The position numbers were made by a program, and so were the translations under genes. A DNA stretch of 64,000 bases. It comes from Owenia fusiformis. Its lineage: Eukaryota. The stretch's first letter is position 1. The number at the start of each line of letters is the position of its first letter. This document shows positions 28,340-43,790 of this stretch, piece after piece. The stretch spans positions 46,934,001 to 46,998,000 of the forward strand of contig CAIIXF020000001.1 of assembly GCA_903813345.2 (NCBI GenBank). The letters run 5' to 3'. Under the pieces are notes generated by a model. The model saw only the letters and a program-made list of their open reading frames with translations, did no database searches and had not been told where the DNA came from.

Positions 28340-29217
28340 CAGGGTGGTCCAAAAAATGGGACACTCGTATTTCAAAAATAAATATTGATTTTCTTGATGA
28401 AAACATGTCATATTATATACCAGTGGATAGGGAATTTACTCATCTTTTGTATACCATAAATTCAAATTTATTATAGTATCTGTCAACCAGCGTCCATAAT
28501 ATAAATGACATCATTTTAGTTTCAAAACGGGTTTTCCAAAACTTGCAAAAAACAAGTTTTATTGTCAACTTTATTTACATAAACAGACGTTCAATATGTC
28601 CACCATTCTGATCAATTGTAGCCCTCAATTTTGACCTCAACTGGCCAATAGCATCATTGATATGCTGTTGAGACAATGCATTTCACTTCCTAATAATTCA
28701 ATTCTGTCCTAAAGAGATTGAATAGATGAAAAGGACTCATGGTACACCAATTCTGTTAGTTCTCCCATACGTGGTAGTCGCAGACATTGGGTGATCGGGT
28801 GATCTGGGAGAGGCAGTGATTAGGCGGGATGAATCTAGGCACATTTTCCTTTAAACATTTGACACTCTTGTGAGATCCATTGCTTGGAGCCCCATCTTGT
28901 TGGAAAATGTAATGATTCGAGAATGAGCTAATATCAGGATGGTCTAAAAACAACATAGTTGGATAATGCGATGTCAACGTCTGCGACTACCATGTTTTGG
29001 GAGAACTAATAGAATTGGTTTAACATGAACCCCTTACATATACTCAGTCCCTTATGAAGGATAGACTTGTTGACATTATAATAAATTTGAACTTATGACG
29101 TACCAAATTAAAGATGAGTAAATGCCCTATCCACTGGTATATAGTATCACATGTTTTCATCGAGAAAATCAATATTTATTTTTGAAATACGAGTGTCCCA
29201 TTTTTCGGACCACCCTG
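28340..29217 (-). mobile_element. Tc1/mariner deletion derivative with transposase remnant
   Basis: TIRs CAGGGTGGTCC(A/G)AAAAATGGGACACTCG of >100 bp with TA TSD. Minus-strand remnant YIFQQDGAP...NVCDYHVW...NGGHIE matches the Tc1/mariner catalytic C-terminal half and is frameshifted. Confidence 0.85.
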
Positions 29218-31095
29218 TATAGTGACCACATGCTTTGAAATATGAGTGTACTTTGCAAACGTTGCATTTGAACTTGGTTGATTGGGGGACATCTTTTAAT
29301 TGCAATGATTAATATAATCATGTTGAACCTCCAACTAATTTTTTGGAACAAAGCGTTTAAAGAATACGGAAAGTTAGGAGAGCTTGTCTTCGAAAAACAC
29401 ATTATTCCGGGCAAATTACTCAGATGCGAGTAGGTAGTTACCAGTTTCGCCACCAGGTGGCTGATTCGAGGGAAATAACATGGCAGGGTATTACAAAATT
29501 CCTTTAAACTTGAATATTCACCAGTTTTAATGGTTCACTTTTCATATTATCCTTATGTATCTGATATTTAAGTTATACAAATCAAAATATGTCTAGTAAA
29601 ACAAAATATTATCTGCCCGACACAAGAAAAGATATTTCCATTTTTGTGATTTTACAACATGGGGTCTATGGGGAATCTCCCCGACCTAGAAGTCACATTT
29701 TCAAAGGAAATTAAATTTTCAAAGTTGATAAACTCTTTTCAAACCCACATTTCTTGATGCAATTTTCCATGTAGATTCCAAATATGACATCAGTTTGACT
29801 GAATTTTGAATTTTTAATGACGTAAAGATTATTTCTACTCGCACCTAGTCTCATATATTACACAATAAAATTGCTTTTGCTTGAAAAGGCTTGACGGCTT
29901 TCGCATTTAAAGGATTGCATACCAAAAATAAGTTTTGTTACTACTTTGATTAACCACATCCTAATTCCGATATTATGTATGAAAATCTGTCTCATTTTTT
30001 TGTATTCTCTACACACAATGCTCCAAAAATTCTTTACTTCTTTCTACCCCTTGCAATGGTTTGGTTTTGCTCTTAATATAGAATTCATCTAGGTTTTCAC
30101 CCTTAGGGTAGCTCCTTTCAAGCGTGCCATTAGGGTACGTGCACTCAGATAGATACGCTTTTGCTGATCCGATGCAATGATAAACTTTGGAAAGGTTAGG
30201 TTAGCGATCGTACTGTGACATATTAAGTGAGATGTGTTCGTTCGGAATTTTTATGCAGTACTCCTCATTAGAGTCACATGTTATTTTCAGATATGCATAA
30301 CTCATACGGTCTACATTTTTCACATTTGCACAAAAAGTGTACGAAGCTACCTATAAAAGAGTGTAGTGAATCTTTTTATTAAGATGTATGAAAATGGGAA
30401 AATAAAGTGACCTACTTAAAGTGTACTTTAAAAAAGTAGGTCACTGAGTTTTCTCATTTTTCATATATTTTATAAACTATTTCCTAGGTACATTAATGAA
30501 CTCATTTGTGCATAACTGGAAGATGTAGACAATTTGGGGAATGAGGAAAAGTAATGTATTTGAAAAGTAACATGGCCGAAAGTACGTAACCTAATTTCGA
30601 CTGCGGAGCTCATATTGACCTTTTCATACAAGGATATAGGTGAACGTGATACATAACATCGTCCAAATGGCCTGCACAATACTACTGCGAACCTACTTAC
30701 TTCCACAGATAATAAAATGTTCATTTACTGCAGTAGTTTTAATATACCATATATTATTGAGGAATTTTCAATTGAGCTTCATATATGTTTATAAAATACT
30801 TACCACTGGTTTGCTGCTCAAAATGGCGATACGTGTTTTTGCTTGTTTGTATAATACCTTGATTCTAATGGATATGAAAGTGTCCTAACCGCTCTGATAA
30901 TTCCTTTTATGCGAGGCCATAAATCTATGACGTCAGTACACAGGAATGAATGTACCAAACCTGTTCATTTTTGAATACAAATACAACTTATATTGTTCAG
31001 GGCATTGACATGCGTATGTATGTATACCTTTTTAGATAAACCCGCATAGTCAATAAAACATGCTCGGTATAAACGACGAGTGGATAAGGGCATAG

Positions 31096-32363
31096 TCAAG
31101 ATGGATAGAGGTAACGCGGACCCAGCCGCTTTGCCTGTTTAAAACGAGGCGCTGCAACGCGTTACATACCAAAATGGGGACTACTCCTATTATCGGAGCG
31201 ACTTCTTTCTCCATTTCCTTGAAGCCTAAGAACGTTTTTGAAAATCATGCTTCACAATCAGAAAAAACTGTAGGTGTGGAAACCTGTAAGGATTTATGTT
31301 CAGACTTTGAACAATGTAAAAGAAAGGTCGATACAAATTATGATTTCCCGACCTTATTTTTCTGTGCTATCTTCGCCACTAATGAGCAATTCCTTCGTCA
31401 GAGCTCAACAGAATCGTTACTAGCATGTTCTTGCAGGCGTAATTGGCCTAACATATGATTAAAATATATCTTATGTCCAAATTAAAAGATAAGAAAAACG
31501 TTTGAGGTTTTTTATTTGTTTTTGTATTCAAACTCGCTGAAATATTGATAACGAGCCATATATAAGAAATACATGATTCGGTAAGTGTATGTCATATGCA
31601 TCTTATGTCAAAATAATAGGTCAAAAAAGCACTTTTAAACAGCAACATCTTTAGTTAAACTTTGTCCCAAAAGATCCGATGTTATGGGACGCTGGACCTG
31701 AGTTTTGACAAAATAATAAATATACACTCTGCATCATTCATGCGAAGCATCCGAAAAACACGAAATATATCATGAATAGATATATTTACCCTATAGATAT
31801 ATGACCTAAATTTCAAACAGTATTACTCATTACTTTGGCAAGAAATGAAAAACTTCCGACATTTCCAAAGCAGCGGCCATCTTGAAAAATATTCTTCTAT
31901 TGAATTTGGAAAAAATCCTTGCATAGTATTTGTGTTATTTTCTGGACGAACGGATGGACAGGTGGAAGAGGGCTTAAATATATCCCTCATGAACCTCGGA
32001 CAACTAACGGTCAACAACAACTTCAGATGATAAAATATAAATTACACTTTCTCTGCTACCAGGTTGTCGTAGAACATTGTTTATGGTATTTATTTTCTTG
32101 AAATGTTTGGATTGATAATTTACATGATATAATTTACAGGTAAGCTTCATAACTGTGTCAATGCAACTGTACTGACTTAACGGTATGTAGACATATTACT
32201 AGACCACTAGGTTTTATTGCCATAGATGTGTTACATATAAAAATGCAATCGGGGCTCTAATCAAATGTCGAATTTTTCAAGGAAAGTGTGTCTGTAACGC
32301 GTTGCAGTATCGTTTTGAAAAGGCCACACGGGTGGCGGCCTGCGTTACCTCTATCCACCATGA
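31096..32363. mobile_element. Non-autonomous TIR element
   Basis: Inverted ends TGGATAGAGGTAACGC (31102-31117 and 32342-32357) with further inverted similarity (TGCAACGCGTTACA); no TSD recognised. Confidence 0.5.
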
Positions 32364-35300
32364 TAATATATCGACTGTAAAGTATAAAGTATCGAATCCA
32401 ACGGTTATATAGTTTACAATTAACCTGGATTGGTAAAACAGACTTTTCGACTGCACTAAGATTATTTATGTCATTGCCTGTCATTGCCATGTGTACTTAA
32501 GCTACTATAGTGCATTTAGATAGATATGATTGTCAAGATGAATGGCAAATTAAAAGGTTTAAAAGTGAAGGGTACTAACATCGATGCTTTAATGGTATCC
32601 CATGCAGTATAGACATCTTTTAATGTAGGTGACACTAAATAGTGAAATACACAATGGTTAAACCGAAACAGTTATGTTGGTTCCTCATCATTCCAACGAA
32701 CACAATTCCATTGGGATATAGCAAAGTCCCCCGTCAGTCAATCCGCCCGCCAGTTCGTCCGTCAGTACGTCCATCCGAAAAATAACTCGAATACTAGTGG
32801 ACAGATTTTCTTCATATTTGATGGGAAGATGTATTTTGGCAGCCTTTTAAAGATGGCGAGATTTCTACTATTATATTCCCCATAGTTTGATTATTACTTC
32901 ATTAGATCTAAAATATTGTATTGTCTTGATGATTTGTACCGTTTACTAAATGGTCACCAGAATGCTTAAATTGATGGAAATTCTGATATAGTGTTGTTTT
33001 AATTTCTGCAATTTTAACCGAGTAGATGGTAAATATTACATTTTTACATTTCAGATTCATGAATATATTGTTCGTCGGGAGTTGCTAAATGGAGTTACCG
33101 ACTTCTAGTTTAAAACTGCCCTGCCATGTATTAATGAATACCCTTTCTGACCTAAGTCTAATCAGTACAATAATTTTCTATATTAAACTTAAAAATGGCT
33201 TTGTCCAAATAAAATATCCTAGAATAACGTTCTTAAAGAGATCTTTGGTAGATCATAACCAGTTCGTACCACTTTAACAAACATTTAATTTAACAAGGCT
33301 TGCAGGCCTATGGGTCAGTTGTCATGAGAATGTTGAAAATTGTTGCCAAAATATACGCAATATACGCAGAATATGACAAACGTTTTGGAAGCTGACATTC
33401 TGCTATGATTAGTGGTACTAGACTTCACATGTATTCGATAGTCCCTTTTCCATATTGTATATACACATGATGCCATCTATTTTCCATTTACATGGAAAAG
33501 GGTCAATTATTACTGTTACATATATAATCTATACATTTCTTTAATATCATTGTTGCTCAATTATAAGTTTTATAAAAACTAAAATTGCGGACACAGAGCT
33601 TCATCGGTTTTAGATGCGTAGTAACAAAAAAAAATAAAAATACCGACGTCATCAATTTACAGATGAATGGACTGGAACCAGGTGCTCTCATTCATTCAAA
33701 GGAATCTAGAAAATGGCCACTTTGTAATTCTGTCCGTTAATTCATTACAACTGGGATGGATAATCGATAAAGATTTCTCGAGATAATGAAAGATCATGGT
33801 CAAGGCGTGTTCTAATTAACATTGAACAGAAAACAGAAGACAAGAGAAGACACACTCTTAATGTTGAACACTTTTGAGGCAAGATAACCAATCTCTGATA
33901 GCTACAAAAATGGTAAAAATGGATCTTTAGTTATAAAGCAATTGTTTGTATGGAAGTAATAATTCAGAACAGTTTGAACAAAATAGATTTCCTTTAAGAA
34001 TTGCGATTGCATGTATTATCACCTAAATTAAAACATAAACATTTCAGGCTCTAATTTCGTGGAAAAATACCGAGACATTGATTGATCGAAGATTCTTTGA
34101 TCTTATTTCGATTGAAATTGCATCATCTAATTGACCATCTAGGCTTACGTCTACGGATGTAATTTCGCCGATTAGACGCGATGAAAAACAGTATGACATA
34201 AACGAAAGTGGATATTCATATCATTTTATAATCAGCTTGAGTAGCTACTCAAGTGGAATTTCCAGGTCCCCATCACCGTGTCATATTAAAGATCAGTAAG
34301 TCTCGGATCGATGTAATTGATATGATCAATTGACTTTCAAAAGCCAAGTTCGTTGATAATGCAAACACCTTTATCCGATCAATTCCGATTAATCAACGGT
34401 TACGTTTTGCCGAACACTGCGAACATAATACGTACAAGGCAGCATTAACATGACAAAGTGTCACCACTGGAAAATTATTGCAAATACAAATGTCTTATAA
34501 TTATTACACTCGATAGCAGTATGCCGACCAACGGGTGCCGACCACTGGTTACAAAAGAGGCCATACCAACAATCTTATCGGAACATTTAAGACGCTAAAA
34601 TTGATCACATTCACACTCGTCAGCAATCTGACAATATACAAAAAGGCATTCAGCAAAGAATTGGTTAATCTTTATGATTATGCCCTTAATTATTTGATGA
34701 AGACTAAATCTAAACGTTATGAGTCCCGGAATTGTGGAATACGTAGTCAGTTATCTTGATTTTTTGAAGTGGTTTTTTTGTTGGTCGGCAAATCTCTCCG
34801 TTTGTTATGGGTTTTGCTGCAATGATAGTTTCTAAATTGCTAAATAATGAATGGAAACCAGTGCTGCCATCTTTTATTCAGATTTTATCTTGGGCCAGAC
34901 TTCCATTGTCTTCCATATTAAGATCTTCGAAAAGTGACTTTAATTTTATTTCATGATTTATCAAAAAGTGTTAGTTAAATCTGTTTAAAACTTGATTGAT
35001 ATATCATGTGATAACCCTTGTTAACAAACGTACACTGTGATTTATCATAAAAAATTGCGTAGATTCCGGCTCTGAAATATGATTACATCCCAAAACTAGA
35101 TAATTGTTATTATTGTAGAAAACCTTTCACTGAATTCAAATGTGCAATTAAAAATAAGGAAAAAATAGAAATTTAAGATCTCTTAAAATCTCAAGAGAAA
35201 CGAGAATTAGCGAAATTTCAAAGTTATTTAAAAACTCCTCTATTGACTCAAATACTCCTTTATAATCAGCCACTTGTTACAAAGTTTCACTGAATAGATA

Positions 35301-35534
35301 TTACCATACGATGATGAAAATCATTTTCAATTACTGATCACAAAGTCCCAAAACACGAATATCGATCAAAAGATAAATGTGATTTACTGCTACCTTCGTT
35401 TGAATCAAATATTGTTTAATTATCGATCACCCTTCGTTAATGGATGGAGTGAGGGGAGCGGTAGTGGGATGAGGGGTAAGTCATAATAGAATGATTCAAA
35501 GGAGCACTGTATTTCCGGTCAAATTGTATTTAGA

Positions 35535-36110
35535 ACAAAATGTCACCACCTAGTTGCTCACAATATTATGAGTTCAATCAGATTTGAATTTCTGAGAACT
35601 TTTATTTTGAAAAATAAATTGATCGATTTTAAGCAAGTTGAAAAAGACCTTTTTGACCCTTAGAAGGTCATTGAAGGTGAAATCTCAAATCTAAAGTCAG
35701 ATTTGAACTTCTGAGAAATTGTAGATGATTTTGACCTTGAGAATGTCATTGAAGGTCAAATATTTTTTGACCTTGAGAATGTCATTGAAGGTCAAATCTA
35801 TAGTCAGATTTGAATTGTTGAGAACTTGTAGATGATTTCGAAAAACGTTTTGTCAATTTGAAGCAAGTTGAAAAAAACCTTTTTGACTTCAAATCTTAAA
35901 TATAAAGTCAGATTTGAACTTCTGAAAACATGTAGATGATTTTGAAAAAATTGAAGCCAGTCTAAACAGTATTTGTTAAGTTATTGAAAGTTGTGAGAAT
36001 TTGTTACAGACGCCGATCGCTAGCCCACGGGCGCCAACCACCAACCGTCATCCGCCGTCAAAAAACGGAGACCACTACAATATGTCACCCCTTTTTGGTT
36101 ATGACATAAT
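35535..36110 (-). mobile_element. HINE-like element, short copy of the family at 54434-56105
   Basis: ATGTCACC subterminal repeats and the same internal tandem unit (AGTCAGATTTGAACTTCTGAGAA...GAAGGTCAAA) in reverse orientation. Confidence 0.7.
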
Positions 36111-39049
36111 AAAGCATGGTATATTGATGACTATATTATTTAAATGGTCTAATTAATCTGCTGATATGGATACAAAAACGAGTGAAATTCAAAATGGCCG
36201 CCAAGATTTATTCATTCAAAGTATTTGTTGGAGAAATATGTCCATGAAGAAATTCCAAGTGTGTATAATCAAATAATTATTTGCTCAGAGTACGACTAGA
36301 GTGTCTAATATACACGTAATTAATACCTAAGAGAGTCGAAAGCTTTGAAATTACCCCTATATCCCTTATTATAGCCTTGGTAATATGTTATGAAAGGAAA
36401 TTAGTTCATTAGGGAACTTCTTCAAAAGCGAGAGATATATGAAGATATTAATTAGCTTGATGTGCTGAAATTAACCTCACCTACGGAAACCTCTAGCATC
36501 CTGTAAATATGAACGATCCATTCCCTTGCTCACGGAATAATCATACGAAGAACACTTTCCTGAGATTTTCCTATTTTGTGTGGATTTCCAATTTTCTTTG
36601 ACATTTCAAACGAAATGGATGTGAACTCCATTATGACTCAAATTAGTAAAGACAACTTTTATGATAATCCGATGGGAGGAATTACAATTGTCATATTGTG
36701 TGTAAGTTTTCATATGTTCTAATTAACGTATGGCCCTGTATGGCATTTAATGTTCAAACTATTAGATCGTTTAATATGGCACTGTCATAAGCCTAGTCTG
36801 TAGTCATTAGACACATACACTCGCACCTTCTAATTAGTCTGACAGCACCTTTTTTACTCCTGAATTTCAGATCGGGAAAAGGAGCCCATAGTACTCATCG
36901 GGAATAAGTCATTCCTCTATTTATATCTATTCTATATAACAACAACGGTATAGAGATACAAAGTGTGCCTGTGTTTTGGGGGGGGGGGGGGGTAGTGATT
37001 TCTTCCCCGTGATGCTAGCGTGGCATCCTCTGGCTTGAGAAAGAACCACCATTTATTTTGATGTAAGTATTGCTCGTAATGCTCGTAATGCTTCAACTTA
37101 CAAATGGCAACCAAGTGACTATTGTATGACTTAATGTTTACGGATGAAGAGAGAAAGGGAGTGGAGGGGGGGGGGGTACTTTTTCTCAAAGCACTTAACC
37201 GTGTTATAACTACTTTGGAAGTCGAAGATGCAGTTTCATCGATTTATTGCAATATATGTATGGCCAGTTAAATACTGGTTATTCAAAAAGAGATATGAAT
37301 AGATCATAATTATTATGCAGATTGACAGGTTAAGTCGACTAGACGCTCCATAAGTAACGACTTTTATCCTTGTATTAATCAGGCTGTAGGAAATCCCATT
37401 GGCGTATTAGATCAAAGAAAGTTAATTCTACGTTTCGTGTCATACTAAAATCGTACGTTAACGGAGCGGGGGGGGGGGGGGGGGGGGGTGGGGGGCGACA
37501 AAAAACAAGGGTGGTGCGCATAAGAAGTAATTATGAGTTCAACTGTGAACGTTGACTTATCTATTACTTTTGGTGGTGGTTTCAATAAGAGAGGAATAGG
37601 TAGTCGATATGGAGTTTAAGCTTGCATATAAAATCGTAACGCCAACCTATACCTATGGCCTTGGCCAATCGCCCATTAAATAACTTACGTTCGCGTTTAG
37701 GTTGTGAAAAACAGTGCAAGCTTAAACTCCCTAGTAATATTCAAATCACGATTAACTACATCCCCCACTACCCTCTCCCCATATAAGAACACTACACCCT
37801 CCCCATAAAAGAACAGGCGTGTGCGACCAACCACGCACATGCCCCAAACATTCATCCCTTCAATTCATAAACTGATCCAACTCGACGTTCCCCTTCCAAA
37901 CCTGGTTTTGGTCCAGCCAAAAATGGATCAACTTTAATAGTGTTCTGTGCAACACATATGAAGATTTTAGGCCTACGTACCATAATTGCAAAATTGTTAA
38001 GGAAATTCTTACGATTTTTGTAAGGCCAAGAAGCGAAATACGAAAATAAAATGCCATTACAAGATATTATGACCTTGGCCACGTGAATTTTGAGATACTG
38101 TAAAAAATGAAACTGGAGAGAGTTTACCGCCGAAAAGCTACCTGTTTTAGAAAACATTTCTAGATATTCTATTTATAACCAAACTTGGAAACAAAATTAC
38201 CAGCAAATTGATATCTTCTTAAATTTTATTTTTCAGAATGGGCCATCGTTATGCGATATACACGATACAAGTATTAAGTCCAGGAAACAATGGACTTGGG
38301 ATATGGATCCAGGATGCATGTACATTTTTATGAGTCACTTTGATCTTAAGGGGGATATACATAGGCCTACGTAGGTGGGTTGCCCATTTTGAATCACGAG
38401 AAATAAACGAGTATATTGTCGAGTAGCTGAACTAGCATTCGCTAATTCAACTACGGTCGGCTATCGGCTGACAATTCGATCGCTATTTTATGCTTAAAGG
38501 GTGACGCATATCGTTTAGCAAATCGAACGCTCGTTTCTGGTGTTGCTCACCGTTTAGTATAAAAGGCCCGATCCCGGAATAATACTCAAGGGTTCACAGG
38601 TCCGAGGCCGTTGTGTCAACACCTCTAACTGTTATATAGCATAAGTATATTATAGATCGTGCACACATTTATAAAAGGGTGATTTTTATTTTGACAAATC
38701 AATTCCACATTTATGGGTGAAGTTTCAGGATCTTCTGTTTGTGTGTAATAAGGAAAAATTGGCATCTAAATTTCCCCATAACGGTAATAGCACACAGCTT
38801 GGCATATGAAATATCCTACAAATGAAACAAAGCAAGACAAACCGGTTTCTAATACAAGGATTTATATTGGCTGTTGTACATGTATTCTTTGAACGCAATC
38901 ACTCTTTGGATACCGTTTTCAAAATCATTATAAACGGATTACTTTATCTCAAAGACAATTTCAATAAACTGGATTTTACAGAACTCCCCTTATTTCTTAA
39001 AAATGGACTGATCAAGTTGATTCGCCTGGAGCCGCCATATTATTTTTAT

Positions 39050-40780
39050 GCTTCCTGGTCAACTCAACCCCAAGTCAACTCAGCCCAAGTCAAGTCAACC
39101 CCTAGTCAACTCAACCCCAAGTCAAGTCAACCCCTAGTCAAGTCAACCCCAAGTCATCTCAACCCTTGGTCAACTCAACCCTTAGTCAAGTTGACCCCAA
39201 TGATTTTACTTGTTTTAAGTAGGTTAGAATACAATATAATATATCATTAAATAGTACTTCGTTAAATATTTTGATAGTATATGATTTATTAAAGGAATAA
39301 TAGAAACTCGTGGCAAAGGTAAACAGAAAAGTGTATAGAATAATTCTATTTACAATTATAATTTTTTACTTCAGAGAAATAAAACAAGCTCAAATATGAA
39401 GGGGTGAAATATATGAATAGCATCGTGAAAAGCCCTATTAAGATTAATCAAGTATTATTTTGGTAAATAAATGTCATATTTAAAAATATTATAAATGTGT
39501 TAAGCGCAAACTTCACTAGTTGATCATTTTATATTGGAAAATTAGCATTTTAGTCCCTCATTCTTTCAAAATTCATCAATATCATACCATCAAAGGTACA
39601 TCTATTTGTTTTTATGGTGGGGTCAAGTTGACTAAGGGTTGAGATGACCAAGGGTTGAGATGACTTGGGGTCGAGTTGACTAAGGGTTGAGATGACTTGG
39701 GGTCAACTTGACTAAGGGTCGACTTGACTTGGGGTCGACTTGACTAAGGGTTGAGTTGACTTGGGGTTGAGTTGACCAGTTACCATTTTTATACGGGATG
39801 CTAATCGTCACCCTTTAACGAATTGAAATATGAATATGAATAACAGCAGGTACTATTCATATTTAAATGAGATGGACATGAAATTGCAATTAAATCGTCA
39901 GTCGACAGCCGACAGTTGATACCAGCCCAGTTTGCATTGGTTTGCATAGGCGAGGCCATGTGTGTTGTCATCGACCCCAAGTCATCTCAACCCTTAGTCA
40001 TCTCGACCCCAAGTCATCTCAACCCTTGGTCATCTCAACCCTTAGTCAACTCGACCCCACCATAAAAACAAATAGATGTATCTTTTATGGTATATTGATG
40101 AATTTTGAAAGAATGAGGGACTAAAATGCTAATTTTCCAAAATAAAATTATCAATTAGTGAAGTTTGTGCTTAACACATTTATAATCTTTATAAATATGA
40201 CATTTATTTATCAAAATAATACTTGATTAATCTTAATAGGGCTGATTTACAACTTACTGAATAATAAATACTGACAACTTATATATTTTCTTCTGTTCAA
40301 TGTTTTGCTTGGGTAAATGAATTGAATATCGTATTTACCATACTTATTTCTCAGTGTATCAACAGCTATTTCAATATTCATTTCTAAAATTATCAAAAAG
40401 TCTATAAAACAGTATATTTTCAAAATGTAATATTTTTTTGAATTAGGGAAGAAATTGCATTAATCAAATAGGATTCAAATAGAAAAGCTGACCTTTACCA
40501 TGATTTTCTATTATTCCTTTAATAAATCATATACTCTCAAAATATTTAACGAAGTACTATTTAATGATATATTATATACTTAAAACAAGTAAAATCATTG
40601 GGGTCGACTTGACTAAGGGTTGAGTTAACCAAGGGTTGAGATGACTTGGGGTCGAGTTGACTAAGGGTCGAGATGACTTGGGGTTGACTTGACTAGGGGT
40701 TGAGTTGACTTGGGGTTGAGTTGACTAAGGGTTGAGTTGACTTGGGTTGAGTTGACTTGGGGTTGAGTTGACCAGGAAGC
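39050..40780. repeat. Two inverted copies of an element with ~17-bp subterminal tandem repeats (39050-39784 and ~39970-40780)
   Basis: Arrays of GTCAACTCAACCC(C/T)(A/T)A units; outer ends GCTTCCTGGTCAACTC / GAGTTGACCAGGAAGC; the internal AT-rich segments are also reverse-complementary. Confidence 0.8.
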
Positions 40781-43700
40781 GTTAAAGGGACTCGCTTGGT
40801 GCCTATTTCTGATCCTAGAATAAATCAAAATGGAAAATAATTCAAAATAGCCTGTAGTTTGCACCATCAATAGAGTTTGTTTTAATTATTTCATATATAA
40901 CAGCATATTAAATGTTAGATATAACCATCAGTGTAAAGTGATATCTAAGAGACAAAGTACCTTTAAATCACCCACGTGTTGCCTTTAGTTGACTTACATC
41001 TGAGAATCATCATCATCTGATAATGCTTTGATACTAGCTAATATATTGATTTCGAATAAAAAGAACAGTTGATTGACAAGTTTTCCTTCGACGATTCTAT
41101 TCTTGAAGTAAAAGTAATTTGATAGATTTGGTATTGTCTTTTGTCATTGATCTCCTGGCTAGTATTTTATCTAGATGTATATTTAATGTCGTCTAGTCTG
41201 GCATCGTTTTCTTGAAATATTCAGATTATGCTGAAACTTATAATTGTGCTCTCAGGCAAATAATTCTTAATTGGTTTAGAATTGACGAACGGATACGAAG
41301 TAAATGGATTGATAATATACTCCACAGTTTATCCCAGGTCTGAGTAACATTAGTCGCAAATATATATAATTTGACTGTTTTTGGAAAGTTGAAAGAGAAG
41401 TAACAGTTGGGGAAACATTTAAAACTTTTTCAATATATATATTGTTGTAATGTGTTATGTACGCTTTGGAGGTTGTTGCACATGACATGACCGGAATGGC
41501 TGAACCTATTAACGATGAATAAAACTCAAAATAGCCCTTTGAAACACATTCTTCTGGTAATGCTATTACGCGGAACCTAGCCAAATCATGTAAAAGTGTT
41601 CAAGGTTTCCCTTAAATCGCCTTACTATTAAAGCTTGTACACGGTGAGCCAATACATTTTTCCCTTTATTAATGTTTAGTCGTTGTTTGTAAGGCATGGA
41701 CTAGACTGAAGAGTCGCGAATACCTTATATTATACCTTTCAAGCGAATATAGATTTTGCATCACGTTTGATGATTAGGAAATTTAAACGACTGTATACAC
41801 TCGGTAGCTAGCATTTATTGTATGATTTGTAGTTTTCGAATCAATTATCGAAACCACTCAAAAAGTGAGAAATGTATAAGCCCAACCTGTATATAAAGCC
41901 TTGTAAGGATTAAATACACCTTTCAAAGCTAGTGCAACATCTATACAACATTTTGCTTTCGTGAAAAACAACATTTATACTAACGCACAGTGCTTGAGAT
42001 CAGTAAGAGGCACAATCAGAAATCTCGAATCAGGAAAGTGTGTAAAATAATTGCATTAGAGATTAGCGGCATTTGCGTCAAGTAAAAAGCCTGGTTCACT
42101 CGTGTTATTAGACCTAAAGACAATGGCGACATCATTTAAGGTGAGTTTATTTCAACAACCAATTGCATGTTATTGACGGAGTATTTTATATTTTATAGAA
42201 TTGGAAAGTTACGGTAAAGAATCAAGTAGCTAAAAATACACTTGTCTCGTCCTAGGTATTTCATAGAAAGCAATGACGACCCAGTAATGTGCACATGCGA
42301 GTATATAACTCGTAGTATACTCGTACGTAGTAAAAGCTAAGTTCACACCAACGGCGCTTTGATGGTGCTTTATAGCGGCGTGCAAAGCGGCTTTTCATGG
42401 CGCTTTAAAGATATATTCAAATGATAGTTATTAATTTTGATTTACATATTTTCAAGTGAAAACTGATGAAACGTATGGGTCAACTTTAGCCTGAAGTTAA
42501 TCTATCTTACGATAAATAATTAAAAGAGAATCTCGCCTCGGGGTATGTTACATTTTAATCCTACGTGACGATTGAATTGCAATTTGTAATTTATGTAGTA
42601 ATGGTAGATGACCTATAATCGTCTCGTTCATAAACAGCATCGTTAGCTTATTGTTAGTCAGAGAGCTGCGCAAATCATGTTCCTTTTCTGGGTATAGCAT
42701 AGACAGGGAAATGAATGGATGCGCTATTTGTTGAGTGACTCTAATTTCCTGTAGCAGTGTTTATGTTCCCAAAGGGGCTGTAAATTATAATTTAATATGA
42801 TAACGCGAAAATGATAACTTTTGATACTCTATTATGCATGATTGATTGTGATTGCAAAACCCTAGAGCAGTACCTGCCCGTAATATATCACATACTCCCC
42901 TTCAAAAGTTAAGTAACACCAATTTACCTATTGAATCATGATATCGATCATACACTGAAGCCTCTTTGTTCGGTGATTAAAATAATTCATGTAGTCATTT
43001 TCCAACGTATTTAACATTGGAAAGGGTCAAGTTCAAGCATAAATAGACGTTAACAAATCTGTGCAGTGAGGCGCCAGTGAAGCCTAAGATTTGGATGGGA
43101 ATTTTTATGATACAACATTACCTCATTGGTAATATTACCCTGTGGCAAATAGGCACATCCTAAGAGTTGGGGTCTACTCCAAAACACTACATTAAGTTTG
43201 CAATGAGCTGTGATACAGTCGAATGAACGCTGTAAATTGACTGAAGATGATCACGAAGCCTCACTACATAGCAAACAAAGCACGTAGAAAATAAACTAAG
43301 TGGATCAATAGCTTTGAATTATCTTGAAATACAAATGATGTACAGAAATATCTAGTCTTTATACCAAAGGTCAGAATTACTACAATTTGAGTTTTGAAGT
43401 TAAACAATTTCCAATTATACAGATTTCAAAGAACGAATCATTTATTTCCGTATTATTATTTGAGGAGGATCCAAAGAAGAAGTCGTGCGAATACTCTCTA
43501 CCTCTCATCCATTTCTAATCCCTTACCTTACCCCCTATCACACCAAACTACAGGGTGGGCCAAAAAACGTCCATGTTTTTGTTTCGCTACAACATTTTCA
43601 ATATGACAGACAAATGTTTAAATCATATATCGTTGGAGAGATAATTCAATTTTCAACAAAATGATATATAATTCATTTCACATAAATAAGTATCTGTTTT

Positions 43701-43790
43701 AAAATAACGTTTGAATTACCACAGGGGTCAAAATCATGATTTACCGATTGCTGAATATGTAATGCTAAAAACTGACCAGACAGATATAAC

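Noticed and set aside
36977..37495. Three poly-G tracts as a G-quadruplex regulatory cluster
   Set aside because: Simple homopolymer runs with no supporting context.
38822..39250. 142-aa ORF
   Set aside because: The C-terminal half is translated 17-bp minisatellite.
42123..42146. ATGGCGACATCATTTAAG|GTGAGT as a first coding exon
   Set aside because: Good donor, but no downstream exon could be confidently linked; too short to support.
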